A stretch of 64,000 bases of DNA from Verrucomicrobiota bacterium (GCA_049510745.1 JBEKYR010000021.1:21295-85294); one strand, 5' to 3'. Positions 1 to 10,254 are shown, counted from the first letter of the stretch. A program made the numbers and translations. The notes: generated by a model not told the origin, from the letters alone.

Positions 1-27
1 TGGTCGGCCATTCAGGTTACGACACTG

Positions 28-921
28 ATGATGCCTGCCGATAAATCTGACTGGAGGCTGGAGCAAGCCCTTCGATTTCTGGAAGGCCCGGACTTCGTTT
101 TCACTGATAATCAACCGGCACAGATTGAATTCAACGGCTCTCTGCATTTCCGCTTTCCCACACCCCGGCCATGCGATTTCAAGGAAAACAATGTCGTCCA
201 TGGACGGCTTTACCGCTGCCGTGAACGATGGCAGGAGCGGCCGGTGATTATTCTCCTGCCTGGCTACAATGACTCCGCCAGTTACAATCTCAGATTTCCG
301 TTGATTGCCCGCCTCTGTAATCGCGCAGGATTTAACGTGGCTACGTTTGTGCCGCCTTACCACTTTCAACGCTGTCCCCGCCAGCGCGCGGCGTTTGACA
401 CCGAGGATTGCCTTTTTTGGGTGGAAAGGCAGGCGCAAGCGATCGCCGAAATCCGTGTCCTGACCGGGTGGCTGCTGGGGGAAGGTTGCCCTGCGGTGGC
501 ACTGTGGGGATATTCGCGGGGAGCGAGTGATGTGGGGATGGCGGTGTGCCGCGATGCGCGGCTGGCCGCAGTTGTTATGGCAAGCTTTCCGGTGCGTTGT
601 AAACCCGTGGTGCAACAACTGGCCGTCCGATCTGGCATTCGCCGGAGATTGCAGAGCGCTCGCGAGGTATGCGAGAGGATGAATCTGACGGCGATGAATT
701 TGACGATGACCCAGCCAGCCATCCCCAGGGAAAAGATATTATTGATAGAGGGGATCCATGATTTCCTCTGTTCGAAGGACGATATTGAAGACCTCTGGCA
801 CTCGTGGGGACAGCCCGACATCTGGCGGTTGCCGCGCGGACATGTCAGCGTTTGTTGCGGGTTCGTGCCAGGTTTGCCGGAACGCGTCCTGCGCTGGCTC
901 TCGCCGCGATTGGATAAATAA
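28..921 (+). CDS. alpha/beta-hydrolase fold protein (ABHD18/DUF2048-like); true start may lie outside the window
   Basis: ILLPGYND oxyanion region, GYSRG nucleophile elbow, GIHD acid and PRGH His. Confidence 0.7.
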   Translation: MMPADKSDWRLEQALRFLEGPDFVFTDNQPAQIEFNGSLHFRFPTPRPCDFKENNVVHGRLYRCRERWQERPVIILLPGYNDSASYNLRFPLIARLCNRAGFNVATFVPPYHFQRCPRQRAAFDTEDCLFWVERQAQAIAEIRVLTGWLLGEGCPAVALWGYSRGASDVGMAVCRDARLAAVVMASFPVRCKPVVQQLAVRSGIRRRLQSAREVCERMNLTAMNLTMTQPAIPREKILLIEGIHDFLCSKDDIEDLWHSWGQPDIWRLPRGHVSVCCGFVPGLPERVLRWLSPRLDK

Positions 922-925
922 ACAA

Positions 926-2098
926 ATGAAGACATCTGCTCATCGGTGGATTGTTGTGGCGGCGATCATCATCGTGGGTGCAGGGGCTGCACTCTCACAC
1001 ATGATCGAGCCGGGCGTCCGCGTCGAAAATATAATGCTGGCTACAAACACACCCGCGCTTCGAATTTTCCCCGCGACGCCCGGCCCGCATCCGATTGCAA
1101 TGCTCGCTCATGGAAACGGCGGCTCGAAAGAAATGTTGTTTCGTTTTGGCGAGGCGCTCGCCGCCGCTGGTTTTGATTGCTATTCAGTGGATCAGGCGGG
1201 ATATGGAGAATCGCCGCAGCCCTGGTCCCTCACCAACATCCTGCTCAATTTCCAGGAGGTTGAGCGGGCACTTGGAGTGGTGGACGTCTTCATCGGCCAT
1301 TCGATGGGTGGTGTCGTTGGCGCTTGGAGCGTGCGTCGAGCGGGATTTCGCCCAAAGCTCTTTATTGGGGTCGGCGCCCCCGTCGAGTTGGGCGAGCAAG
1401 AGCCGCCGGTGCTCTTGCTGGCAGGTTTATTTGAGGAATTTTTTCGTCCAGCACAGTTAAAAGCACGAACGAATGCGCAAGTAGTGATTTCTCCCTGGTG
1501 CGAGCACATCACCGAAGCCTACGATCCAGTGCTCGTGAGGGCGGCGGTCAAAGCCGCGTGCGCTGCTGTTGGCAAACCAGTCCCCGCTGCTCCGACCGCG
1601 TGGCGGTGGCGATTCGCCGGGATTGTGCTGGGAATGGCGGGCGCGTTGGGATTGATGCTTTACCTGCCTGAACTTCATCCCCGCCTCGCCCGGATTCGCG
1701 GGTTTATTGTTCCCGGTGTTCTGCTGCTCGCGCTCGTCCTGACTCTGGGGCCGTGGGTCGGCGTGACCCCGCAGTTGCGTCGCATCCCCCAACAGCTTGT
1801 TCTACTGGTTGTCATCTGGCTGGCGCTCGCCGGCCTCAGCAGACTGAGCATCCCACGATGGAGCCTGCCTGTGGTTACCGGGTTATTGGCGCTTGGCTGC
1901 CTGCCACTTGGCTTTGTGAAAGGCATTTTTCTTTTTAACATTCTCATGTGCATCTTGGCGATCAGCACGCTGTTGTTGTTGCCGAGCGTGGTGGTCGGCA
2001 AAATTGCCGCCCGCGGCGGGTCGAGGCGGGATGGCGATATTGCGATGGCCGTCTTTGCGAGTTACGCCATCGGACAATTCATGCCGCTTTTCTATTGA
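926..2098 (+). CDS. alpha/beta hydrolase with C-terminal multi-TM region
   Basis: N-terminal hydrophobic anchor, AHGNGG, GHSMG motif, hydrophobic C-terminal third; ATG 4 nt after the upstream stop. Confidence 0.7.
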   Translation: MKTSAHRWIVVAAIIIVGAGAALSHMIEPGVRVENIMLATNTPALRIFPATPGPHPIAMLAHGNGGSKEMLFRFGEALAAAGFDCYSVDQAGYGESPQPWSLTNILLNFQEVERALGVVDVFIGHSMGGVVGAWSVRRAGFRPKLFIGVGAPVELGEQEPPVLLLAGLFEEFFRPAQLKARTNAQVVISPWCEHITEAYDPVLVRAAVKAACAAVGKPVPAAPTAWRWRFAGIVLGMAGALGLMLYLPELHPRLARIRGFIVPGVLLLALVLTLGPWVGVTPQLRRIPQQLVLLVVIWLALAGLSRLSIPRWSLPVVTGLLALGCLPLGFVKGIFLFNILMCILAISTLLLLPSVVVGKIAARGGSRRDGDIAMAVFASYAIGQFMPLFY

Positions 2099-2229
2099 AA
2101 AGTGAGTTCAAAACCGCCTAACCAATTGCATATAACCAACGACAGAATGATCATTTTTAGGCGGATAAAAAGCGTTGCACAGAAGAATTGAGGCGGAATA
2201 ATCCTGAAATGGCGACCAAACCGAGAGAT

Positions 2230-2670
2230 ATGACTATACGTTTGACACAATTGTTTGGACTGATTGGTGGGGCATTGATGGCGCTGGCCGCGTTGCTCGC
2301 GGCGGCGTGGCCGGCCGCGGCGGAAACACCGTCGGAAAAGGCCGCCGCGTTGCTGCATGGATTGATCAAAACCAACGACCCCGGCCTCGCGGTCCTGGTG
2401 GCGCAAAACGGAAAAATTTTGTTTGAAAAGAGCTACGGCCTGGCCGACAGGGAAGATCATGTGCCCGTCATCCCACAAACCACCTTCCGCATCGGCTCGA
2501 TGACCAAGCAATTCACGGCGTCGGCGATTTTGAAACTGCAGGAGGAGGGAAAACTGAGCGTCAACGATAAATTGTCCAAATACATCCCGGATTTTCCGCG
2601 CGGGGACGAGGTCACCCTGCGCCATTTGCTAACCCACACCTCCGGCATCCGCGATTACACGGACGAACCG
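2230..2670 (+). pseudogene. 5' fragment of a class C beta-lactamase-like serine hydrolase
   Basis: Signal peptide, FRIGSMTKQF (SxxK), TLRHLLTHTSG; family resemblance stops at about 2670 although the frame stays open to 2991. Confidence 0.75.
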
Positions 2671-3019
2671 CACTCGGTGATCTTCGTTTTCATCGTGTCG
2701 CTCATACTATTTTGGCGCGGGCGAAACCGGCTCCCGCTCAATGGGGAGACCCGGCCTCTGATCTCTGATTGGCGGTATCGGACCAACAAAGGGGATCGTC
2801 GCACAGCAAATTCTGGGAATATCCAACCGGATTGGAAAAACTGCCGATACAGCTACTCGTTTTTCCAATTTTCTGGGACTTCGCCCGCAAGTCGCGATGC
2901 TCTAGTGTGGGTCTCCTCGTTGAGCGGACGGTTGTTCACGAGGAATACCGACACCGAGTGTGTTCCAGCAGGCAGACGGCTACCAATTTGACCGGCGGTG
3001 AGAACGCATTGACGGACCC

Positions 3020-3727
3020 TCATGTTTGTGTGTTTTGTGTGGGTGCAGTTTTCCCGGAACGAGCTAATCGTCGCGCCTGGGAAAGAGCAGTGAAGTGCAG
3101 CATAATGAAGATGGGGACGAAATACGCCGGGATGAGCACCAGCGGCAATTTCGCCATCGGGCTCGTGGTGACGTTCCCCGTGAGTCCGTGGAGGAAGCCC
3201 GAACAGATTGCCCCCAGTGACACCGCGACAACAAGGTCAGTGATCCCCATGATATTCCAAAGCACATACCGTGGACTGGCCGCGAATGACGGGTGGCGAG
3301 CAAGTCCGAGCAAGATCCATGGCGCGGTGAGCCCAATCGCCATGTCCCCGAGTCCAGCCGGGAAAGCGAACAGTCCAGGCAGAACACCATGGGCGTAGAG
3401 CGCGAGGAAGCCAAAGCCGGCCCAACGCCATGCCTGCATGGCTGCGACAAGCCGGAGGTCGGTGCTGAGGACAAACGCCCGGAATTCGCTCCATCCGAAG
3501 TATGCCGCAAAGAACACCACCAAAGGAATTGCGAAGCCGAAAAAAATCGGCAAGGGTGGCGAATCCGCGCTCCCCACAAATGCCCCTTGGGCGCCAAGGA
3601 ACAAAACAAGCCCAAACCACAAAGCCACCGCCACGGCAACGACCGACCTCACGGTCGAACGGTTGTCATTAAGTTCCGAAGCCACGTTTTCTTCGAGGCT
3701 TCCCATGCTGGCATTTATCATTTTCAT
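3020..3727 (-). CDS. integral membrane protein (MarR-associated)
   Basis: About 6 hydrophobic segments; lies downstream of marR behind a matching operator. Confidence 0.7.
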   Translation of the reverse strand: MKMINASMGSLEENVASELNDNRSTVRSVVAVAVALWFGLVLFLGAQGAFVGSADSPPLPIFFGFAIPLVVFFAAYFGWSEFRAFVLSTDLRLVAAMQAWRWAGFGFLALYAHGVLPGLFAFPAGLGDMAIGLTAPWILLGLARHPSFAASPRYVLWNIMGITDLVVAVSLGAICSGFLHGLTGNVTTSPMAKLPLVLIPAYFVPIFIMLHFTALSQARRLARSGKTAPTQNTQT

Positions 3728-3863
3728 ATTCGTTTCCTTTCATTTTTGATTTGTTGTTCTCAATTTAGGATCTGCTTCTGTTTCCATGGTCCCGCTGTCA
3801 ACATGCCGTCCAATGCGGCTATCGTTCGGCAGATTCATTTGCGACCTTCTCCGGTAACGTTGT

Positions 3864-3875
3864 GTGTATATACAC
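3864..3875. promoter_or_regulatory. putative MarR operator (perfect palindrome GTGTATATACAC)
   Basis: 11/12 match to GTGCATATACAC (4361-4372) in front of marR. Confidence 0.6.
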
Positions 3876-3910
3876 TTCTAGTGTGCTAAAAAGGTTCTTT
3901 GTTAATCTTG

Positions 3911-4357
3911 TCATGATTTCCCCTTCAATTTAGTCGCTACGTCCTCCAAATCGGTGATAATGGTTGACCATCGCTCCTGGCCCAGGATCGCGACCACTTT
4001 GTCTTGGGCGGAGCGCCACGCCGGAAGCGTCTTGGCCAAAGCCGTGCGGCCCTTTACGGTAATCTCAAGTTCCACATGACCACCTCGTCCGCCGCCTTTT
4101 GCCCGCACCAACCCGTCCCGCTGCAAAGGTCGAAGATTTCGCAACAACGAAGTGCGCTCCATTCCGAGCCATTCACTCAATTCTGCCATGCCCCACCCGT
4201 TCCTGGCCTGTAATGCCCGCAGGATCGGCGTTTGCGTTGGGCGGATCCCGTGCCGGCGCACCTCCGCGTCAAAGAACTGGGTTATAACACGCGCCACCCG
4301 GCGCACATTAAAACACGTGCAGTTTTCCACCGACGTCATATCCAATCGTTTCTCCAT
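3911..4357 (-). CDS. MarR family transcriptional regulator (alternative starts 4339/4372)
   Basis: CTCFNVRRVAR N-terminus, wHTH MERTSLLRNLRPLQRDGLV, ITVKGR. Confidence 0.9.
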   Translation of the reverse strand: MEKRLDMTSVENCTCFNVRRVARVITQFFDAEVRRHGIRPTQTPILRALQARNGWGMAELSEWLGMERTSLLRNLRPLQRDGLVRAKGGGRGGHVELEITVKGRTALAKTLPAWRSAQDKVVAILGQERWSTIITDLEDVATKLKGKS

Positions 4358-4358
4358 G

Positions 4359-4392
4359 ATGTGCATATACACATAGATAGCAATTTTGTCAA
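4359..4392 (-). promoter_or_regulatory. marR promoter (TTGACA-N17-TATATG) with overlapping operator
   Basis: -35 at 4392-4387; -10 at 4369-4364 lies inside the near-palindrome ATGTGCATATACACAT. Confidence 0.65.
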
Positions 4393-4698
4393 TGGATTTT
4401 CGTCAGCCCGCCCTCGGCCGGCTGGAGGCGCTTACGATGTGGTCGTTATCAAATCAAAAGCACGACCAAAACACTCGAATAGCGGAGGTGGCGATGGCCC
4501 TGGTGGCGGAGGTGGAAGTAGTGGCGATACACCGGTGGTTGCTCCAGCAGAGGATAGGGCAACGCTGGGAAACGACCCGAGCGCCGATCTGGAGCCTTGC
4601 AAACGGCAAGGTCGGGCGGGCCGCCAATGGCCCGCCCGATTAACCCCTTGCTGGAGCAAGTTGAAAAGCGATAAATCCACCCCTCATCTAGGCTCGAA

Positions 4699-4799
4699 AC
4701 ATAACTTCCAGAACTCAGGCACGAGGGGCTGATGACGTAGGCCGCGAAAGCAGAACTGGAGACCTCATTCCGCGTTGCCTGCAGCGATTTGTGTTAGGC
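4699..4799 (-). mobile_element. integron attC-like recombination site
   Basis: Minus strand: GCCTAAC 5 nt after the CAAX-protease stop ... GTTATGT; inner stem GCT(G)CAGGCA(A)CG pairs with CGTGCCTGAGT leaving two extrahelical bases. Confidence 0.7.
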
Positions 4800-4804
4800 C
4801 GCCG

Positions 4805-5308
4805 CTATCTTGGAAAATATGCAGTCAAATCAAATAACACATGGGCAATAAAAAGTGGCCACAGGCGACGCCATTTCCAATAAACAAATCCGAAGATCAA
4901 CCCAAGCGGGAAAATCAACACCGCTGCATCAATACCTTGATATGCGTGCAGGAAAGCACGAAAGAAGGCACTCGCCAATACTGCGCTCCACATACCAAAC
5001 CTTTGCAACGATTGGACAAAGTAACCAGCCTCAATAATCTCTTCACACACTGGATTGATCACTGCAAAGGAAACAAGAACAGATGACGATAGCTGACTGA
5101 CCGAATGACGATGATGCACTGTTCCTGGAAAAAAGACATTTGCAAGCGCGGTAATAGCTGACAGCGCCAAAACCGTAACCAAACACAAGATAATGCCTGC
5201 TCCAGTGGACTTCCAAGAGGGCTGGAAACCCCACGCCGCAAGCGGCCAACTACGGGCGCGGGCAATCCAGAATGTCACTGCCAACCCCAACAACTCAATG
5301 ATGGCCAC
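4805..5308 (-). CDS. CPBP/Abi (CAAX protease family) intramembrane metalloprotease, probably 5'-truncated cassette gene
   Basis: NPVCEE, FRAFLHAYQG and AHVLFD motifs; lower GC; frame open upstream without an ATG. Confidence 0.8.
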   Translation of the reverse strand: MAIIELLGLAVTFWIARARSWPLAAWGFQPSWKSTGAGIILCLVTVLALSAITALANVFFPGTVHHRHSVSQLSSSVLVSFAVINPVCEEIIEAGYFVQSLQRFGMWSAVLASAFFRAFLHAYQGIDAAVLIFPLGLIFGFVYWKWRRLWPLFIAHVLFDLTAYFPR

Positions 5309-5398
5309 TCTGAGCGCGCTCCTGTTCGTGACGTGATCTATGTGAATTCCGTTCAGAATAATCTTGCCCAGGATTGATTTAGGACGAATAGTTCAAGC

Positions 5399-6142
5399 AT
5401 GGCTTTAACTATTCGCCACAAATTGATCAAGACCCTGCAAGGAGCTTTCCCCAGGGGAGCTCCCTTTGACAGTCGGCAATTGCGGAAATTAGGAGTGTCC
5501 TCGGCGTTGGCGCATCATTATCTTAAGTCGGATTGGCTCGCACGGTTGGGGCGCGGCGTCTTTATGTTTCCCAACGACACCTTGCGCCAGGAGGACTCGC
5601 TGAAATTCCTGTCCCGCCACGTTGAGGGTTTTCATGTCGGCGGCAAGACCGCCTTGGCGTGGCGTGGCGTCCGCCACAATCTCCCCGCCCGTGAACCGCT
5701 TTCGTTGTGGGGCGAAGAGAAGGCCATTCTGCCGGCATGGTTCCATGAACGATTCCCCTCGCGATACACCGCGCGGAATTTGTTCTCTTCCAAATTGCCA
5801 AGGAATTCTGGCTTGCAACCATTGCCTGAAGCGCCCAACGGCGTTCTTGTCTCGGTGCCGGAAAGGGCCGTGCTGGAAATGTTGAGCGAAGTTGGCGTCC
5901 ATCAGGGCGTTGAGGAGGCCCGTCATATCATGGAGGGGATCAGGTCATTGAGAATGGAAACGCTGGCAATGTTGCTGAAAAACTGCCAGCGGGTCAAAGT
6001 GCGCCTGCTGTGCGTCCGCTGGGCCGAGGAATTAAATCTGTCCTGGGCACCCGCCGCGCGAAAAGCCGCAGGCACCCGGCGTGATCAAAGTCGGTGGACG
6101 GCGCGGCTCAAAAATGGAACCATCCTGAATATCAAGCCATGA
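5399..6142 (+). CDS. abiEi: type IV TA antitoxin, AbiEi family
   Basis: WLARLGRGVF wHTH, HVGGKTAL, SVPERAVLEML; ATGA overlap with the toxin gene. Confidence 0.85.
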   Translation: MALTIRHKLIKTLQGAFPRGAPFDSRQLRKLGVSSALAHHYLKSDWLARLGRGVFMFPNDTLRQEDSLKFLSRHVEGFHVGGKTALAWRGVRHNLPAREPLSLWGEEKAILPAWFHERFPSRYTARNLFSSKLPRNSGLQPLPEAPNGVLVSVPERAVLEMLSEVGVHQGVEEARHIMEGIRSLRMETLAMLLKNCQRVKVRLLCVRWAEELNLSWAPAARKAAGTRRDQSRWTARLKNGTILNIKP

Positions 6143-7071
6143 TGGACAAATTCTACATCGATGCCGCCCGTCTTTTGCTGGAGAGCGTGCCAGTCATTTC
6201 AGATATCACGTATTTTGCCATGAAAGGGGGCACGGCGATCAATCTGTTTGTCCAAAACATGCCCCGGCTGTCGGTGGATATTGATGTGGTTTATACCGAT
6301 CACAGCACGCCGCGCCCAGCAGCCTTAAAGGCCATCTCAGACGGATTGGCTCAGGCGTGCAAACAACTCGCAAAATTGGGATTGGAAGCTGAGATTTCGG
6401 CCACGATGAAAGGGGACGAAACCAAACTCTTCATCTGGCGGGGACGCGTTCAGGTGAAAGTGGAAGTAAATCACGTCTTCCGTGGCACGGTGTTGCCAGT
6501 TGAAACGCGGGCGTTGAATGTCGAAGCCAGGCGCATTTTCACAACCGAGTTATCAGCGCCGGTTCTCGCCCCCGCCGAACTTTACGGCAGCAAACTTGTC
6601 GCCGCAATGGATCGCCAACATCCACGCGACATTTTTGATGTTCGCGGGCTCTATGAGACAACCGGACTGACCGACGACGTGATCGAATGTTCCGTCTGTT
6701 ATCTCGCCGGCCACAATCGCCCCGTCCACGAGGTGTTATTTTCACGCGATCAGGATATGTCGGCATCATTTGAGAACGAATTCCAGGGCATGACGCAAAG
6801 CCCGATTTCATTAGCCGAATTACAGGACGTGCGGGCGAGGCTCAAAAAGGAACTGCCCGCCAAATTGACAGCCAATCAGCGGCAGTTTTTACTTGGCCTG
6901 GTGTCCGGTGAGCCCGACTGGCAACTGATGAAATGCCCTCATCTCCAGAAATTGCCGGCTATTCAGTGGAAACTTCACAACCTCGCTCGCCTGAAAACAT
7001 CCAATCCGAAAAAGTTCGCGCAGCAGGCCGAGGAACTGCGCGTCCGATTCGCTGCCAAAACAAATTCATAG
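6139..7071 (+). CDS. abiEii: type IV TA toxin, AbiEii nucleotidyltransferase
   Basis: KGGTAINLF, PRLSVDID, KLVAAMDRQHPRDIFD. Confidence 0.9.
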   Translation: MMDKFYIDAARLLLESVPVISDITYFAMKGGTAINLFVQNMPRLSVDIDVVYTDHSTPRPAALKAISDGLAQACKQLAKLGLEAEISATMKGDETKLFIWRGRVQVKVEVNHVFRGTVLPVETRALNVEARRIFTTELSAPVLAPAELYGSKLVAAMDRQHPRDIFDVRGLYETTGLTDDVIECSVCYLAGHNRPVHEVLFSRDQDMSASFENEFQGMTQSPISLAELQDVRARLKKELPAKLTANQRQFLLGLVSGEPDWQLMKCPHLQKLPAIQWKLHNLARLKTSNPKKFAQQAEELRVRFAAKTNS

Positions 7072-7462
7072 ACGCCAACGCAAGGCTGGGGCGAGCTGCT
7101 GATCCGGCCGGAATAAACAGGCCAGTCGATTCGGGCCGAAAAGCTGACCACGATTCTGCCACCGCTAAATCTGGGCAGTTGATGGATGGGCAGGTGAGAA
7201 GCGTACTAGCGGGAGTTTCCTCAAACGGGTGAGGGAATGGGAAGCTGCGTGAATCGTCGGCGATGGTATTCGTCTTGACACATGATCAACAAGGTTCGGC
7301 TCTTGGGTCCAACGATTTTACCCTGGAAAAAGCTGAAAAAGGGTGCCAATTCTTTCCCCCCGTTTTCCCCCCGCACCTGGCGGGCGCATGATGCCGCATG
7401 ACACCGCTATAGATTTCTCTCCCTCGGAAGGGCCATTTTTACGAGGGAGAATTGTTGTGGCT

Positions 7463-7512
7463 TCTGACTTCGGATCAGAAGGTTGCAGGTTCAAGTCCTG
7501 CTGGATGCGCCA
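7463..7512 (+). mobile_element. 3' half of tRNA-Arg(UCG); probable att site
   Basis: Anticodon arm TCTGA-CTTCGGA-TCAGA, T-arm GCAGG-TTCAAGT-CCTGC, CCA end; no D-arm or 5' acceptor strand upstream. Confidence 0.8.
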
Positions 7513-7556
7513 CATTATCAACGACTTACGCAAACTCGGTTTTTTGGAAAGACGGG

Positions 7557-7608
7557 AGTAGTATAAAAAGTAGTATAATGTGCCTCCACGTTTCAGGGCG
7601 TTTCAGGG
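7557..7608 (+). repeat. paired 10-bp direct repeats next to the att core
   Basis: AGTAGTATAA at 7557 and 7569; CGTTTCAGGG at 7589 and 7599. Confidence 0.6.
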
Positions 7609-7697
7609 AGTGCCGTCCTTGGAGCATTCAATGGTCAAAACGCGACATCCTGCATGAATCCGTCGGAACGAAGGGCTTCCGCGTAGGCCTTCGAGAT

Positions 7698-8030
7698 TCA
7701 AGCAAATCCGCCTGAATATGTCCCCAATCGAATTCCAACCAGATCGGGGTAACGGGCCTGCTGCTCGACAATTGGCCGGTCGTAGCGGACGAGGATCACT
7801 CGGCAGCCGCGATTGACAAGTTCGGAGCGAAGTTCGCGGTCGCGGGCGGCCTGGTCTGGTTGGTCGTGGACTGAGCCGTCACAATGGACGCAGACGTTTG
7901 GAGCATGGAAAAAGTCGGGGATGCAACGCTGTTCGGCGATTGGTCGTTGAGCTTCGTCGGGGAGGCGGTGGAAGCCTGCGGCAAGAGTGCTGAGGAAATC
8001 GCGCTCGGTGCCGGACCGGGAATCAGTCAT
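7698..8030 (-). pseudogene. C-terminal fragment (Vsr/DUF559-like nuclease tail) of a large DEAD/DEAH helicase
   Basis: [19 protein letters not shown]...[22 protein letters not shown]; no helicase core upstream. Confidence 0.6.
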
Positions 8031-8068
8031 GGAGCGAAGCCGAGGCCGTCAATGCTGGCCGCGAGGCC

Positions 8069-8308
8069 GTGGCGGTAGCGACCGACCGCTACAAGGAAGG
8101 TAGAGCGAGCTATTACGAAGTTCTCGAGGCGCAGCAGCAACTCTTTCCCGCGGAAAACGCGCTATCGCAGATCGAGGCCGGGCGCCGGCTGGCGGTCGTT
8201 CAACTTTACAAAGCCTTGGGCGGCGGTTGGCCGCTCAAAGACTCAGAGTGGTCTGGAATGAGCGCCCGGGTATCATCCTCTCATCATGGCGGCACTGGAG
8301 GTCAATGA
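8069..8308 (+). pseudogene. C-terminal fragment of an RND outer-membrane factor (NodT/OprM type)
   Basis: RYKEGRASYYEVLEAQQQLF...VQLYKALGGGW. Confidence 0.8.
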
Positions 8309-8494
8309 TGGTCTGCATGAGGAGGTTCCGCTCCTCAAGGTGCCGGTCGGAAGGCTTGCCTAGGATTCCGAATTCTCCAGCTTTTCTTTGGCCTTTCCGT
8401 AAATAACTGCCGTGACCGAGATCAGAAATGGCCACCAAAACTGTGAAATGTTCCCGGCGGGGCGAGGCGTTGTCCCCCACAGAAGAATTGCGCT

Positions 8495-9733
8495 TTGGCC
8501 CGGCAAACCGCAGAGTCGGTTCAGCTTTCGCGGGTCTTGAAATCACAAAACGACGCCGTTTATGCCGTGATCGCCAGCTTTTTGGGCTGGACGCTGGATG
8601 CTTTTGACTTTTTTGTCCTGGTCTTTGTCCTCTCGAAAGCGGCGGCGGATTTTCATGTTTCCCTCAAGGACCAGATGACGCTGGCCATCACCGTGACCCT
8701 GGCTTTTCGCCCGCTGGGAGCCGTGATTTTCGGGTTGCTCGCCGACCACTACGGGCGGCGGCGTCCGATGATGGCAAATCTGGTCTTTTTCTCCGTGATG
8801 GAGGTGCTCTCCGGCTTGGCGCCAAGTTTCGGCGTGTTCATGGTCTGCCGGGCGCTCTTCGGCATCGGGATGGGCGGGGAATGGGGCGTGGGCGCGGCGC
8901 TGTCGATGGAGAAGGTTCCGCCACGATGGCGCGGTTTTTTCTCCGGCCTCTTGCAACAAGGCTACCCGTGCGGCTACCTGCTGGCGGCGTGCTGCTTCCG
9001 CTTCCTTCCGGAAAGCTGGAGTTGGCGCGCGCTCTTTTTCATCGGCGGGCTGCCCGCGTTGCTGGCCGTGTTCGTGTGCTACAAGGTCAAGGAGTCCGAT
9101 GTCTGGCAGCACAATCGGGCGGAGACGTGGTCGGGCCTGGGCCGGGCAGCGGCGCGTCACTGGAAGCTTTTTCTGTATTTGGCGGTATTGATGACGATGA
9201 TGAATCTGGCCTCACACGGAACGCAGGACCTGTATCCGAGTTTTCTGGAGCAGGAGCGCCATTTCAGCAAGGCGCAGGTCGGCAACACCGCCATCATTTA
9301 CAATCTGGGCGCGGTAGTCGGGGGCGTGTGTTTCGGGCTTATTTCCGATCGGGTTGGGCGGCGGCGGAGCATTGCGCTGGCATTGCTGCTGGCTGTGGGC
9401 GTGATCCCGCTCTGGTCGTCCGGCGCCACGGCCACGTCATTGGTAGCGGGGGCGTTTCTGATTCAATTCCTGGTGCAAGGGGCGTGGGGGGTGATCCCGG
9501 CGCACATCACCGAGGTGTCGCCCAACGCTGTGCGCGGCTTCCTGCCAGGATTCGCCTACCAATGCGGTGTGTTGCTGGCCGGGAACGCGGCGCACGTCGA
9601 AGCGCAACTGTCCAAGGGCAGCACCTATTCCAACGCAATGGCGATGACCGCCTTCACCGCCTTCTGCCTCGGCGCCGTCGTCATTGTTCTTGGGCCGGAG
9701 CGCAGGGCAGCGGCGTTTGCGGCAGAGGAATAA
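8495..9733 (+). CDS. MFS transporter, SHS (NanT/Jen1-like carboxylate symporter) family
   Basis: GWTLDAFDFF, DHYGRR, GMGGEWG, SHGTQDLYP, QGAWGVIP. Confidence 0.9.
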   Translation: MARQTAESVQLSRVLKSQNDAVYAVIASFLGWTLDAFDFFVLVFVLSKAAADFHVSLKDQMTLAITVTLAFRPLGAVIFGLLADHYGRRRPMMANLVFFSVMEVLSGLAPSFGVFMVCRALFGIGMGGEWGVGAALSMEKVPPRWRGFFSGLLQQGYPCGYLLAACCFRFLPESWSWRALFFIGGLPALLAVFVCYKVKESDVWQHNRAETWSGLGRAAARHWKLFLYLAVLMTMMNLASHGTQDLYPSFLEQERHFSKAQVGNTAIIYNLGAVVGGVCFGLISDRVGRRRSIALALLLAVGVIPLWSSGATATSLVAGAFLIQFLVQGAWGVIPAHITEVSPNAVRGFLPGFAYQCGVLLAGNAAHVEAQLSKGSTYSNAMAMTAFTAFCLGAVVIVLGPERRAAAFAAEE

Positions 9734-9747
9734 CGGGAATAAATTCA

Positions 9748-9995
9748 GTGGAGAGTGGGGAGTGGAGAGTGATGAGTGTAAAAACCCTGCCGCCCACTTT
9801 CCACTCTGCATTTTCTTCCGGTGTCTGTTCTTTGTTGTCTGACTTTAGCCTTCAGCCTTTAGCCTTTGGAAATTGGCTGCCTCGCCCGGTTTCGCTTCCG
9901 CCTATGCGCGTTGCGCTTCGGCGGCCAAGCCCGCGTTAAAACGAAGGCGGGCTTGGCCGCCGTAGCCGACTGGCGAAGGCGGCTCGCCCGGGAAG
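9748..9995. repeat. intergenic heptamer tracts and REP-like hairpin elements
   Basis: GTGGAGA/GTGGGGA tract, TTTAGCC/TTCAGCC x3, GC-rich inverted units such as GCCGCCGTAGCCGACTGGCGAAGGCGGC. Confidence 0.4.
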
Positions 9996-10254
9996 GTTCT
10001 GCCCCTCCGATTTCTGGGTGTAGGCCAGACGTGATGCAATTTCACCACCGAGCGGAAATTGGCTGCCGGGGCTGGATTTGTTATGTGGAGCACCGGTTTA
10101 TGTGCAGTGATCAGCCCGAACACAACCGTCCCAAAGCTCCTGGCTGAAAAGATTTTTCCGAGCATCTGCACATAAGACGGCAGCCCCAGCTCCAGGGTAA
10201 CGGCGATCCAGATTTTGGTTGCATTATCGGACGCATGAACGTTTTATTTGCCTT

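Noticed and set aside
2116..2140. attC after the 926-2098 hydrolase (GCCTAACCAATTGC)
   Set aside because: Only an R''-like heptamer; no pairing stem or R' box was found. At most a remnant.
4386..4732. Short overlapping ORFs between marR and the attC
   Set aside because: No recognisable motif in any frame; cannot choose a coding frame.
7440..7512. Complete tRNA-Arg gene
   Set aside because: No D-arm or 5' acceptor strand complementary to GGATGC upstream; only the 3' half is present.
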